A stretch of DNA of 64,000 nucleotides, from assembly GCA_013151415.1 (NCBI GenBank), contig JAADII010000196.1, positions 1,969-65,968 of the forward strand, written 5' to 3'. Both the position numbers and the translations under genes were made by a program. The notes beneath the pieces are model-generated. The model was given only the letters and a program-made list of their open reading frames with translations. It was not told the origin of the DNA and made no database searches. The first letter of the stretch is position 1. Each line of letters begins with the position of its first letter. The stretch comes from Chloroflexota bacterium (lineage in GTDB: Bacteria > Chloroflexota > Anaerolineae > J102). Of this stretch, positions 37,535-47,375 are shown one piece after another.

Positions 37535-38746
37535 TTATCGTCCATTCGCGCATGAATCTTCCAACAACTGGGCGTATAGTGCCTCGAACGCGGTGACATG
37601 TCGTTCGAAACTAAAGGACTGCACCACATGACGCCGGGCGTTCGCACCCCATTGCTTACGCAGCTCTGGCCGCGACGCGAGCTCAACCAGGGCTTGGGCC
37701 ATCTCTTGGGGATCGCGAGGCGAAACCAACCGGCCTGTCTCTCGATCGAGCACGGTTTCCAGCGGCCCCCCGTGCGCGGTGGCGACGACAGGCTTTCCAG
37801 CGGCCATGGCCTCCACCACGACCATGCCAAAGGGTTCGGGGCGAATGGAAGGCAGCGCCAACACATCCAACGCGGCCATCACTTGTGGGGCGTCGGTGCG
37901 ATATCCGGCCCAGATTATGTTGGTGGCGACGCCCATATTCTGCGCCATTTCTCGCAGGGCCTCGCGCCGCCAGACCTCGCCAGGAACGACATCGCCAACA
38001 AAAACGGCCCGAAGCTGAGGCGCGTGCGCGCTAGCGCGAGCAAAGGCTTTGAGGAAAAAGTCTTGCCCTTTCCAGGCCGAAATGCGGCCCACGACTCCGA
38101 CCAGCACCTCCTCGCGTTTCACCCCCCATTCAGACCGTAACGCCCAACCATCGACATCGGGATGAAAGCGGGTTGCGTCCACCGCATCATGGATGATGGA
38201 TAATCGCGTTGCAAGGTTGGGCTGATCGGCCAGAAGATGATCGGCTACGGCTTGGCTAATGGCGACGACATGATCGCTGTGGCGGGCGATCATCCAGGCC
38301 ACAAGACGGCGAACCCAGGCGGGCTGTGTGATGATCTCATGAACATGCCATAGATGGGGAACGCCCGCCCGCCGCGCGGCCAACGCGCCGCCCCACACCG
38401 CGGCCGTATTTGAATGCGCCAGGGCGACGCGCCGAGCGCGGATTATCTTCTCGACATGTTGCGGCCCGCGATGCAAGCGGCCTGCAAATGCAGGCAAACG
38501 GGCCGGCGAAAGATGCCGACGTCGTAGAATGGGCATGTCTAGGGCCAGGTGTTCGACACCCGCGTCGGCCAGCGCGCGACTTAGCAAACCCTCGTATTGT
38601 AGATCGGTGGGCGTGATCACCAAGGGGCGAAACCGCGTCCGGTCAAGACGTCGCACCAGCTCCAACAACACCACGTCCGACCCATACATCTCATCCGAAC
38701 TATGGGCGAAAAGGATGGGGCGGGGCTTATCTTCCGTAAAGCTCAT
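37535..38746 (-). CDS. GT4 glycosyltransferase
   Basis: YGSDVVL, HLWHVHE, VGRISAWKGQ, EPFGMVVVEAMAAGKPVV. Confidence 0.88.
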   Translation of the reverse strand: MSFTEDKPRPILFAHSSDEMYGSDVVLLELVRRLDRTRFRPLVITPTDLQYEGLLSRALADAGVEHLALDMPILRRRHLSPARLPAFAGRLHRGPQHVEKIIRARRVALAHSNTAAVWGGALAARRAGVPHLWHVHEIITQPAWVRRLVAWMIARHSDHVVAISQAVADHLLADQPNLATRLSIIHDAVDATRFHPDVDGWALRSEWGVKREEVLVGVVGRISAWKGQDFFLKAFARASAHAPQLRAVFVGDVVPGEVWRREALREMAQNMGVATNIIWAGYRTDAPQVMAALDVLALPSIRPEPFGMVVVEAMAAGKPVVATAHGGPLETVLDRETGRLVSPRDPQEMAQALVELASRPELRKQWGANARRHVVQSFSFERHVTAFEALYAQLLEDSCANGR

Positions 38747-38803
38747 CCCGAAACCGCGCTAAACGACGATAGGCCAATGGAAGCCCGAGCATTCGCGAAG
38801 CGT

Positions 38804-39286
38804 TCATCCACCATAACTCCATCCTGTGTCAGAAAGCTCCAACGGCTTGGCTTCGGGATTGCGCACGCCGGCCTCGACGATTTCGGCCACATAAATGGTG
38901 TGGTCTCCGCGCTTCACGGTTTCGACGACGCGCGCTTCCAGCCAGGCCGGAGCATCCAACAGTAAGGGGGCGTTGGTCTTTGGGCCTGGTTCAAATGCGT
39001 AACCGTTAATGCGGTCGTTTTCGATCTGAGAAGGACGGAAGAAGGCCGCGGCTATGTTCTTTTGCCCTTCCGCCAAAATATTGATTGCGAAAGCGCCCAC
39101 GCGCTCGATGAGGCTGTGGATGCCGCTGCTCGCTTTCACGCCCACCATGATCAGCGGCGGCTCGAACGAAGCCTGGGATAGCCAGGTCACTGTGCCCGCG
39201 GCCACGTTGTCGTTTTTGCGCACTGTAAGCACATAGAGTCCATAGGTGAGTTTGCGTAACGCCAGTTTCTTGGCTGTGGCATCCAT
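38804..39286 (-). CDS. Flavin reductase-like protein
   Basis: LRKLTYGLYVLT, WLSQASFEPPL, FAINIL, GDHTIYVAEIV. Confidence 0.88.
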   Translation of the reverse strand: MDATAKKLALRKLTYGLYVLTVRKNDNVAAGTVTWLSQASFEPPLIMVGVKASSGIHSLIERVGAFAINILAEGQKNIAAAFFRPSQIENDRINGYAFEPGPKTNAPLLLDAPAWLEARVVETVKRGDHTIYVAEIVEAGVRNPEAKPLELSDTGWSYGG

Positions 39287-39299
39287 GTTTCTTTAACCT

Positions 39300-39425
39300 C
39301 TATTTTGTTTGTTCGTTGATGAGTGCGATGATCGCCTCGCGAATGCGCTCCAGTTCAGCGGAAAAAACAGCAGCGTCGAGAGCGCGATCAAAAAAAGTCG
39401 CAACAACGGTCGCCTTCCGAGACAT
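39300..39425 (-). CDS. Small 41-aa protein, not in the ORF track
   Basis: MSRKATVVATFFDRALDAAVFSAELERIREAIIALINEQTK*; SD AAGGAG 6 nt before the ATG; its stop overlaps the GAGG SD of the downstream flavin reductase. Confidence 0.65.
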   Translation of the reverse strand: MSRKATVVATFFDRALDAAVFSAELERIREAIIALINEQTK

Positions 39426-39522
39426 CGTTATCTCCTTATGGTATTGAAGGGCATGAACATTATGCCAGGGAATTCAGTGCAGCGTAATGCTATCTTAATC
39501 ACCGCGCCGAGGTCAAACCTGC

Positions 39523-40839
39523 TTAAAGAGAGGGCGACGTTCCTCCGGGCTTCATCAACATATCCTGGCGAGAACGCACCTGAAAACCCAGAAAGATCGT
39601 TTCGGCCATGACAGCCAAGGCAAAAGCCAGAGCGGCAATGTTTACGCCCGGAATGGCAAGCCACTGAATGCCCGCCCACATGACTACTGTGAGCACCATC
39701 ACATTGACGATCACAGCCGCCGTGATGGGCGGGGTGCGACGCCAGGTGACCAGCGCCCCGCGTAGCCAGGCGGTGATAAAGGCGGCCGCAGGCGCCAGGC
39801 CAATAATCAATGTGGGCGCGCGCGCCAGGTCCACCAAATCGGGCGTCAGGCCCGAGATGCGCGCGTACCAGAAATGGTTGAGCGGCGTTACAGCCAAGAG
39901 AATGAGCAGCGCGCTGAGCGCCAGCCCGGCCGAGATGGCGAAGCGGCGCAAAGCCGCCATGCTTTGTTTGTCTTTGAACAGGGCCACAACCACCTCTTGG
40001 TAAGCAAAACCAATGCTACGGAAGAGAAACGCCAATGACATGAGCACCGGCCATAAAGCCAGGGATTCCAGCGGGGCCAGGCCGCGACTAAGGCCTAATG
40101 TAAGCAGCGGACGGCTGATGAAATTGATGATATTGGTCATGGCCAACGGCGCGTAAAATACGAGAAGGCTGCGCATGCCAATGCGATCCATTTCAGCTTC
40201 CGCGAGCGCGAGTTGATCGCTCAGAATGGGCGCCACATAGATGCGGGCCGAAACCGCGCCGGCGATCACGCCCACGCTTAGGGCCGCCGCGGCCAACGAA
40301 GCGCCCGGCAAGCCCCTCCAAATGAGACCCACTCCAGCCACGCCAACGGTGAAGATCAACCGCACAACGGTGGTGATGCTCACCTGGTCTGTTTTCCCAT
40401 AACGGATCATCACGCCTTGCCACAGGCGGCGATAAGCGATGGCCGCGGTCCAGGGCAACATCCAAAAGAACGCGCGTCGCGCCGGCTCCACCAAGGCGGG
40501 GGGCGCGGCAATGACCTTGCCCACGAACAGGCCGAACAAGGGCGTGATCACGATGAGTAAATGGAGCGCGGTGAGCGCCATGGAGAGAAGCGTGGTGAAG
40601 CGAATCAATTGCCCGTATGATTGCCGCCCCTTTGCCAAAGCTGTGCCCGCCACCAAAAGCATGATAATGGGGCTTTCGATGAGCAGAGCCAGCGAAAAGG
40701 TGATGCCAAACGCGGCCAGATTGAGCTTCGGCTCGTCCAAACGGGCGATAAGCGCGGCCAAAATGGGCTGTTCGATGGCCATCATCAACCACATGATGGC
40801 CAAGGGCAGCCAAAAACGGAAAATGTAACGTTGGCTCAT
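39523..40839 (-). CDS. MOP/MATE-superfamily membrane transporter
   Basis: About 12 TM helices in two similar halves (FWLPLAIMW..IEQPILAALIAR / FYAPLAMTN..SRPLLTLGLSR). Confidence 0.65.
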   Translation of the reverse strand: MSQRYIFRFWLPLAIMWLMMAIEQPILAALIARLDEPKLNLAAFGITFSLALLIESPIIMLLVAGTALAKGRQSYGQLIRFTTLLSMALTALHLLIVITPLFGLFVGKVIAAPPALVEPARRAFFWMLPWTAAIAYRRLWQGVMIRYGKTDQVSITTVVRLIFTVGVAGVGLIWRGLPGASLAAAALSVGVIAGAVSARIYVAPILSDQLALAEAEMDRIGMRSLLVFYAPLAMTNIINFISRPLLTLGLSRGLAPLESLALWPVLMSLAFLFRSIGFAYQEVVVALFKDKQSMAALRRFAISAGLALSALLILLAVTPLNHFWYARISGLTPDLVDLARAPTLIIGLAPAAAFITAWLRGALVTWRRTPPITAAVIVNVMVLTVVMWAGIQWLAIPGVNIAALAFALAVMAETIFLGFQVRSRQDMLMKPGGTSPSL

Positions 40840-42197
40840 GGAGTCGATTCTACAACCCGATAAATGGCGCCGCCAAGGTCGAGCACATACAATTCGCCCG
40901 CCTCATCTTCGCCAAACGAAGCGATATTGACTTCCGTGTCGAGCAGTAAGGCCGACCGCCACTCGCCCTGTTCATTTCTGCGCAAACCCCAGATGTTTCC
41001 GGTGCAGAAATCGCCGTAAAAATACACGCCTTCTAAAGCCGGATAAGCGCGACCCCGGTAGACATAACCGCCCGTGATAGAGCAGCCCTGGCTATGATCG
41101 TACTCGTAGATGGGGGCGACTTTTCCGCTGGCGTCGCAACCTTCGGGCGGGTCGAAGCAATGATTGCCCTCTAGCGTGTTCCAACCGTAATGCAATCCGC
41201 CCTGGCCGCCCGCAGGCTCGAAATTGATCTCTTCCCACTTGTTTTGGCCTACATCGGCTATATACATATCGCCGGTGGCGCGATCAAAGGAAAATCGCCA
41301 GGGATTGCGCAAGCCATAGGCCCAGATAGCGGCGCGCGCGTCTCGCCGGTCAACGAAAGGATTGTCGCCAGGCACGACGTAGCCAGGCGCCTCCTTCACA
41401 TCGATGCGCAACATTTTGCCCAGCAGGGTGTTCAGGTTTTCGGCATTATCCCACGGATCGCCGGCCGAGCCGCCATCGCCCATGCCAATGTAAAGATAAC
41501 CGTCCGGCCCAAATTGCAATTGGCCGCCATTGTGGTTGGCTTCGGGCTGATCGATCTGCAACAATATCTCTCCGCTTTGAGGGTCCGCCAGGTTGGGATC
41601 ATCTGAAACCGCGTAACGCGCGACCACCGTGTCGCCGTCGCCCTCACGGGCCGTATAGTTTACATAGAAATAACCGCTTTTCGCGAAATCGGGCGGAAAG
41701 GCGATGCTCAACAACCCCCGCTCCGACGCGGCCGAATCGACTACATCGGAAATGTCCAGAAAGGGTTCATCCTGAACAACGCCATTCTCGACAACGCGCA
41801 CGCGGCCTTTTTTCTCCACCACAAAGATGCGCTGGCGGCCATCGCCTGCGTGGGTGAGATAGGTGATCTCCTCAGACAATGTGACAAAGGGTTGGAGCGA
41901 AATGCCGGGCGGGAATGGCGGCGGGGTGGGTGTGGGCGGAAGGGTGGGCGTCACTGTGGGAACAAACGTCGGCGTGGGCGCAGGCGGAGACGCAGGCGCA
42001 AGCGTGGGCGCAGGTGGAGAGGCCGCGGGCGCAATGGTTGGCTGGAGTGTGGGCGTGGCTGTTGGTGGAAGCGTGGGCGCAATCGTGGGTGAGGGCGTGG
42101 GCGAAGGGGCGGGTTCGCTTCTGCATGCCGCAAAAAGTAGAATGGCCAGAAAAAGGCCAGAAAATGTGATGAAGGTGAAGGATTTTGTGCGTTTCAT
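40836..42197 (-). CDS. PQQ-dependent sugar dehydrogenase (GSDH family) lipoprotein
   Basis: Lipobox FAAC, Pro/Thr linker, ERGLLSIAF, NHNGGQLQFGPDG, YGLRNPWRFSFD, DVGQNKWEEIN. Confidence 0.88.
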   Translation of the reverse strand: MKRTKSFTFITFSGLFLAILLFAACRSEPAPSPTPSPTIAPTLPPTATPTLQPTIAPAASPPAPTLAPASPPAPTPTFVPTVTPTLPPTPTPPPFPPGISLQPFVTLSEEITYLTHAGDGRQRIFVVEKKGRVRVVENGVVQDEPFLDISDVVDSAASERGLLSIAFPPDFAKSGYFYVNYTAREGDGDTVVARYAVSDDPNLADPQSGEILLQIDQPEANHNGGQLQFGPDGYLYIGMGDGGSAGDPWDNAENLNTLLGKMLRIDVKEAPGYVVPGDNPFVDRRDARAAIWAYGLRNPWRFSFDRATGDMYIADVGQNKWEEINFEPAGGQGGLHYGWNTLEGNHCFDPPEGCDASGKVAPIYEYDHSQGCSITGGYVYRGRAYPALEGVYFYGDFCTGNIWGLRRNEQGEWRSALLLDTEVNIASFGEDEAGELYVLDLGGAIYRVVESTP

Positions 42198-42302
42198 TTT
42201 GATTTTGGCGCGAAATACGCGAAGGGTGAAGAGTTTTGTTGCGATGGGAATGCCAAGAATTGACGCTAGAACGGTGATTCGGCTTCCCTGTCGCGTTGTC
42301 GT

Positions 42303-44759
42303 TCAGAAGCCGTAAATGCGACGATAATGATCGGCCTGGACCGCGATGGCGCGGAGATAGGTCTGGGTTTCGTTGAAGCGGATCACTTCCAGGAAGAGAT
42401 CGTCATCCTCGCCCGCGAGCCTGCGCCAATGGGCCGCGTTGCCTGGGCCGCCGTTGTATCCGGCCAGCGCGTCGCCCACCTTGCCCTGGCTGCGTTGCAA
42501 GCCCTGGGCCAGATAAAACGCGCCGAACTCGACGCTGACATGAGGGCGATAGAGCCAGTCGTCGCGATAGTCCGACCAACCCAGTTGTTGGGCGATGCTG
42601 CGCCCCGTGGGCGGGATGACCTGGGCCAGGCCGCGCGCGGCCGCGACGCTGGTGGCCGTATGACCAAAGAGGGATTCCTGGCGGATGAGCGCGAAGAGCA
42701 GGGTTGGATCAAGATCATATCGCCGCGCGGCGTCGAAGATCAAATCCTGGAAATAAAGTGGATAGATCAGTTGTTGTAGTTGGAGCGGGGTTTCGGCCAG
42801 CGGCGTTTTGGAAAGGACGCGCACGCGCGCCGCGGCGCGGATGGATGTGTCGAAATAGCCCAGGTCGCGGGCGAAAAAGGCCAGTTGCAGCAAGCGAACG
42901 GGGTCGTCTTGCCATTGATAACGCAGCGATTCGAGAATGGCGCGCGCCGCGGCCCCTTCGCCGATGGCGTCGAACGCGGCCGCGCGCTCGAATTCGGGAT
43001 GCGATGCCAATACGCGCTCTTTCGTCACCTCCTGGCCTGTCCATTGGCTCAGCCAGGGGAGCAGTTCGGGCAAATTGGATGCGAGTTTGGGCGTGGGCTG
43101 GCCGATTTGCTGCGCCGCGCGCAGGCCATAGTAGTTGGTTCGCCCCCAACGAGCGGCCACACTTTGCCAGTGCGCCTGGGCCCCGGCCTCGTCTCCCTCG
43201 GCCAGCATGGCCTTGCCCAACCAGTAATCCGAAGCCGCCTGCCACAGCCCCCGCCCGCGGCCCGCCACATCCGACCAGGTTTCTCGCGCCCGCGCGTGAT
43301 CGCCCAAACGATAGTGAGCCAGCCCGGCCCGGAATCCCGCCCGCAGCCCGAATTTGCTCTCGGGATAGGTCTTGAATAGCCGCTCATAGACCTGCGCGGC
43401 CTCGGCCATGTCTTCTTGTTCGCGCTCGGCCAGCCACGCGGCCCACCATAATGCTTCGGCCGCGCGGGTTGCATCCACGCCCGCGTCGGCCGCCTGCAAA
43501 TAGACCTCGCTCGCGGCCTCGATATTGCCCAGTCTCCACAGGCTGCGACCCCGACCCAGCCAGGCCTCGCCCGCGCGAGCGTCGCCGGGATGCGTTTCGA
43601 TAAGCGAGCGCCATTCGGCCTCGGCCGCAGCGTAGTTGCCCAACCCCTCGTAGGCGCGCGCGACCAATGCATGACCCTCGCCATCGTGTTCGGGGTTGGC
43701 GTCCATGTAGCGATAAAGCGCGTCGATGGCCGGAAGATAGGCCCCCGCGGCCACGTCGATGCGACCGCGCAGCAGATCATCCACCGGCCGGCCCGCATCG
43801 ACCAGCGCCACCAGGGCCAGATACGCGTACCGGCTTTCGGGCGCGGTCGTGGTCGCGCGGCCGTAGTTTTGCATGGCCGCTTCGGTCTGGCCTGCGGCCA
43901 TTTGCGCCTCGGCCAAACGATAATAGATTTCGGCGCGATAGGCCGCGTTGCGCGCCTGTTGCAAGATGCGTTCATATTGCTCGATGGCCGCGGCGGGATC
44001 GCCCATGTCTATGGCGGCTTCGGCCATGCGTTCGCGCAGGCGCAGTTGCGGGGTCAGGCCAGGGGCGAGTTCAAGCCCGCGACCATATTCGGCCAGGGCC
44101 TGTTCGGGCGCTCGCGTCAGCGCGTAGAGATCGCCCGCGCGTTCATAGGCCAGGTAGGCCAGCGTGGGGACGCGTTGGGCGTAGGCGTGGTAAGCATCGA
44201 CCGCGTCCTGGCTTTGGCCCAGCGCGGCATGTGCGCGCGCCAGCCAGAAGAGCATCTCTGGTTTTTGCGCCACATAGGCTTCGCGTTCGCTCGCGGCCAG
44301 CAAAGGCTCCAGCGCGGCCGCGGGTTGGTCGTCTAGCAAAAGCGCTTTGCCCAGACCAAACAACGCATCGAGATGCATCGGTTCGCGTGCGAGGATGCTG
44401 CGATAGGCGTCGGCCGCGGCCGCGTAGTCGCCGTTGCGCAGCAGGCGCTCGGCTTCGGCCAGTTCGTTGGCCAGGGTGGGCGTGGGCGTTGAGGTGGGCG
44501 TGTGGGTGGGTGTATGGGTTGGCGTGTGTGACGGCGTGGAAGTTGGCGTATGAGTTTGGGTGAGAGTGGGCGCGCGCGTTGGGGTGGAGGAGGGCGTGGC
44601 GTGGAGGGAGGGCGTGGAGGTCGAGGGGGATGTGGTTGCTTCTGCGATTACGGCCCTGGTTTTGGTGGGCGCGGGCGTGGGCGAAGGAGGGGGCGCGGGC
44701 GTGCCAGCGCATGCCGCGACCAGGAACAGGATGGTGAGCGAGCCGAAAAGAAAACGCAT
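42303..44759 (-). CDS. Soluble lytic transglycosylase (Slt-like) lipoprotein with TPR superhelix
   Basis: Lipobox VAAC, Thr/Pro linker, TPR repeats, ALIRQESLF (catalytic Glu), GLAQV, AGYNGGPGN, ETQTY. Confidence 0.88.
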   Translation of the reverse strand: MRFLFGSLTILFLVAACAGTPAPPPSPTPAPTKTRAVIAEATTSPSTSTPSLHATPSSTPTRAPTLTQTHTPTSTPSHTPTHTPTHTPTSTPTPTLANELAEAERLLRNGDYAAAADAYRSILAREPMHLDALFGLGKALLLDDQPAAALEPLLAASEREAYVAQKPEMLFWLARAHAALGQSQDAVDAYHAYAQRVPTLAYLAYERAGDLYALTRAPEQALAEYGRGLELAPGLTPQLRLRERMAEAAIDMGDPAAAIEQYERILQQARNAAYRAEIYYRLAEAQMAAGQTEAAMQNYGRATTTAPESRYAYLALVALVDAGRPVDDLLRGRIDVAAGAYLPAIDALYRYMDANPEHDGEGHALVARAYEGLGNYAAAEAEWRSLIETHPGDARAGEAWLGRGRSLWRLGNIEAASEVYLQAADAGVDATRAAEALWWAAWLAEREQEDMAEAAQVYERLFKTYPESKFGLRAGFRAGLAHYRLGDHARARETWSDVAGRGRGLWQAASDYWLGKAMLAEGDEAGAQAHWQSVAARWGRTNYYGLRAAQQIGQPTPKLASNLPELLPWLSQWTGQEVTKERVLASHPEFERAAAFDAIGEGAAARAILESLRYQWQDDPVRLLQLAFFARDLGYFDTSIRAAARVRVLSKTPLAETPLQLQQLIYPLYFQDLIFDAARRYDLDPTLLFALIRQESLFGHTATSVAAARGLAQVIPPTGRSIAQQLGWSDYRDDWLYRPHVSVEFGAFYLAQGLQRSQGKVGDALAGYNGGPGNAAHWRRLAGEDDDLFLEVIRFNETQTYLRAIAVQADHYRRIYGF

Positions 44760-45016
44760 GGATGGGTGTCGGATGGCGGGGGACAAGTTGTTTGTCAGTA
44801 GTTGTTTGGAGAGTGGCGGTTGTTTGCCGTCCCCGACCATACCAGAGATATGAAGTTTCCCGCAAACGTAGATCATCTGCCAGGCCTGGAAGTCATTACG
44901 CCGGATGAATTTGTCGCGGCGCGCTGAATGGGATGTAACCTTTTGGGGTTTATGTCGTCAAAGAAGTAGATCAGTCGGTCTTTTTTCTTGATCATCGCTT
45001 CATAAGGAGGCGCATT

Positions 45017-45229
45017 ATGACACGCAATATGGGCAACCTTGACCGCATCATTCGTTTGCTGCTGGCGGTTTTGGTCGGTGTGCTTTATTTCACCGGCGTC
45101 ATTTCCGGTGCGGTCGCCATCATCCTCGGCGTCATCGCCGTGATCTTCCTGGTGACCAGCCTGATTGGGTTCTGTCCCCTCTACGTTCCCCTCAAGCTCT
45201 CCACTCGCAAAGAAGCAAAAGAAGCATAA
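45017..45229 (+). CDS. DUF2892/YgaP-like small membrane protein
   Basis: NMGNLDRIIR...TSLIGFCPLY; SD AAGGAGG. Confidence 0.88.
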   Translation: MTRNMGNLDRIIRLLLAVLVGVLYFTGVISGAVAIILGVIAVIFLVTSLIGFCPLYVPLKLSTRKEAKEA

Positions 45230-45261
45230 GCACCCCAATCCTTTCTCCTCCTCCTGTGTGC

Positions 45262-45290
45262 AGGCCGGGCGCGAGTCAAGCGTCCGGCCT
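45262..45290 (+). terminator. Stem-loop after the DUF2892 gene
   Basis: AGGCCGGGCGC / GAGTCAA / GCGTCCGGCCT, then TATTTAT. Confidence 0.55.
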
Positions 45291-45293
45291 TAT

Positions 45294-45325
45294 TTATCGT
45301 CCCATGGTCTCATCGTCTCGTGGTC
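45294..45325 (-). repeat. Four tandem 8-bp units of the GACGATRR family
   Basis: TTATCGTC CCATGGTC TCATCGTC TCGTGGTC on the plus strand. Confidence 0.7.
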
Positions 45326-45415
45326 TGTATGCAAATGAAAGCTATCTTGCGTCTATCCAGGCGCGGCCATAATCGAAGCGCGTAACGCGAGTTCTTGAAT
45401 TCGCCGCGGGTCTTT

Positions 45416-46264
45416 TTATTTGATTGCGCCCGCGGTCAGGCCGCTGATCATCTGGCGTTGGAGCAAGAAAAAGATGACGAGCACGGGGATGGTGCTCACC
45501 ACCGCGGCCGCGGACATGAGATCGAACCGATTCGTATATTGGCCCACGAAGAGCCGAATGCCCACGGGAATGGTGTTGACATTGAGCACCCAGGCGAAGA
45601 GCAGCTCGTCCCACGCGGCCAGGAACACGTAGATGGCCGTGGCCACAATGCCGGGTCGGGCCAGGGGGAGGGCGATGCGCCAAAACGCGCCAAAGGGCGT
45701 GGCTCCGTCGATGAGCGCGGCCTCTTCGAGATCGCGGGGGATGGTGGCGAAGAAGCTGCGCAGAATCCATAGGGAGAGGGGCAAGAAGAACGCGGTGTAC
45801 AGCACAATCGCGCCAAAGTTGGTGCCCACCAGGGGTATGCCCAGCCGTTTCTTGATCAATATGAAGTTGCCGTAAAGAGGCAAGAGAAAGAGGATGCCCG
45901 GAATGAGTTGCGTGCCCAACACCGCCAGGCCGAATGCATCCGCGCCGGGAAAACGAAATCGGGCCAGCGCGTAACCGCTGAGCGTGGCCAGAAAGCTGAC
46001 GATGAGGGTGGTGACGCCGCAGACGATGAGGCTGTTGCGAAAGTAGAGACCGAAATCCACCTGCGCCCACAGGTCTTGATAGTTGTGGAATTGGGGCTTT
46101 TCCGGGAAAAGCGCGGCCGCGGTTAGAATCTCCTGGTTCGTGCGCAATGAGTTGACGATCATCCAAAAGATGGGAAAGAGCACGAGCAGGATGATGGCGA
46201 TGAGCAGGAGATCGGCCAGACGATCCAATGCGAACCGACGATAGCGATAGTAAGTGGCGCTCAT
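45416..46264 (-). CDS. Carbohydrate ABC transporter permease (MalG-like)
   Basis: FPIFWMIVNSL, GYALARFRFPG, EAA loop LEEAALIDGA, FLAAWDEL. Confidence 0.92.
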   Translation of the reverse strand: MSATYYRYRRFALDRLADLLLIAIILLVLFPIFWMIVNSLRTNQEILTAAALFPEKPQFHNYQDLWAQVDFGLYFRNSLIVCGVTTLIVSFLATLSGYALARFRFPGADAFGLAVLGTQLIPGILFLLPLYGNFILIKKRLGIPLVGTNFGAIVLYTAFFLPLSLWILRSFFATIPRDLEEAALIDGATPFGAFWRIALPLARPGIVATAIYVFLAAWDELLFAWVLNVNTIPVGIRLFVGQYTNRFDLMSAAAVVSTIPVLVIFFLLQRQMISGLTAGAIK

Positions 46265-46267
46265 GGG

Positions 46268-47239
46268 CTATTCCTGGGTGAGTGAGCTGCGGAAGGTGCG
46301 ATACCAAAGAAAGACGAAGAACATCATGCCGAACATCATCAGCGTGGACGCGGCCGCGCCCAGGCCAAACAACCAGTAGCGGAAGGATTGACGCTCCAGC
46401 GCGGGCATGAGCAGGTCGCCCCATTCGCCCGGATACCCGCCGCCGTTGCCGAACATCATCACCACGATGTTGTAGCCGAAAAAGGTGAAGATCATGCCCC
46501 ACAACAGCATGATGGCCACCACAGGTTTGATCCAGGGCAAGGTGATGTGGCGGAATCGTTGCCATAAAGACGCGCCATCCACGACCGCGGCGTCATACAG
46601 GTCTTCCGGCACGGTTTGCAGGGCCGAAAGGAGCATGATGGTGGCGAAAGGAAGCTGTCGCCAGATGGTGGGGATGATGATGGCCCAAAGGGTGTTGGGG
46701 CCGATGAGCCAGAAAGGTCTCTGGTCCATGAGATGCAGCCAGTCCACCAGGATGATGTTGATGACGCCTCGTTCGCGTAGCCACATCATGCCCCACAACA
46801 AACCCACCGCGTAGGTTGGCACGACCCAGGGCATGAGAATGAGGGTGCGCGCCAGCCCTCGCCACCAAAATCGACGGTTGAGCAACAAAGCCGTCACCAT
46901 GCCCAGCCCCAAGGTCGCGGCATTCACCACCACACTATAGATAATTGTGTTGCGCGTGGCCTGTCCCAACCCGCGCACAATGGGGTTGTCGGGCGTGAGG
47001 AGGAGAAAACGATAGTTGGCCAGGCCGATGAAAGGCGCTCTCAGAAATTGTCCCAGGGTGTATTGGTTCAAATCCAGCATGGACATGTAGAGCGCCTCGA
47101 CCGTGGGAACGAGATGCACCAAAAGCATGGCGAACAGGGTCGGCGCTATCATGAGATAGGCCAGGCGGTGGCGCGCTGCACGCTCGCGCCATGCCTGCAA
47201 ACGGGTTTTAGGAGGTGAGATGGGTGTGACGATTTCCAT
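46268..47239 (-). CDS. Carbohydrate ABC transporter permease (MalF-like)
   Basis: FIGLANY, LILMPWVVP, WRQLPF, LYDAAVVDGAS.WQRF.HITLP. Confidence 0.92.
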   Translation of the reverse strand: MEIVTPISPPKTRLQAWRERAARHRLAYLMIAPTLFAMLLVHLVPTVEALYMSMLDLNQYTLGQFLRAPFIGLANYRFLLLTPDNPIVRGLGQATRNTIIYSVVVNAATLGLGMVTALLLNRRFWWRGLARTLILMPWVVPTYAVGLLWGMMWLRERGVINIILVDWLHLMDQRPFWLIGPNTLWAIIIPTIWRQLPFATIMLLSALQTVPEDLYDAAVVDGASLWQRFRHITLPWIKPVVAIMLLWGMIFTFFGYNIVVMMFGNGGGYPGEWGDLLMPALERQSFRYWLFGLGAAASTLMMFGMMFFVFLWYRTFRSSLTQE

Positions 47240-47249
47240 GTTGGGTGGG

Positions 47250-47297
47250 GACGATGAGACGATAGGACGATGGCGAATGCGCTCGATGAGACGATAG
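47250..47297 (+). repeat. Tandem 8-bp units of the GACGATRR family
   Basis: GACGATGA GACGATAG GACGATGG (47250-47273) and GACGATAG (47290-47297). Confidence 0.7.
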
Positions 47298-47332
47298 GCT
47301 CATCGCCAGCTTTTCGTTAGGATAGGGCTTCA

Positions 47333-47363
47333 CCCGCGGGCGCATCCCAAACGCGCCCGCGGG
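47333..47363. terminator. GC-rich stem-loop just downstream of the secreted glycosidase-like gene
   Basis: CCCGCGGGCGC / 9 nt / GCGCCCGCGGG; no U-tail in the direction of transcription, so more likely a stabiliser. Confidence 0.55.
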
Positions 47364-47375
47364 AAAAGGAAGGTG

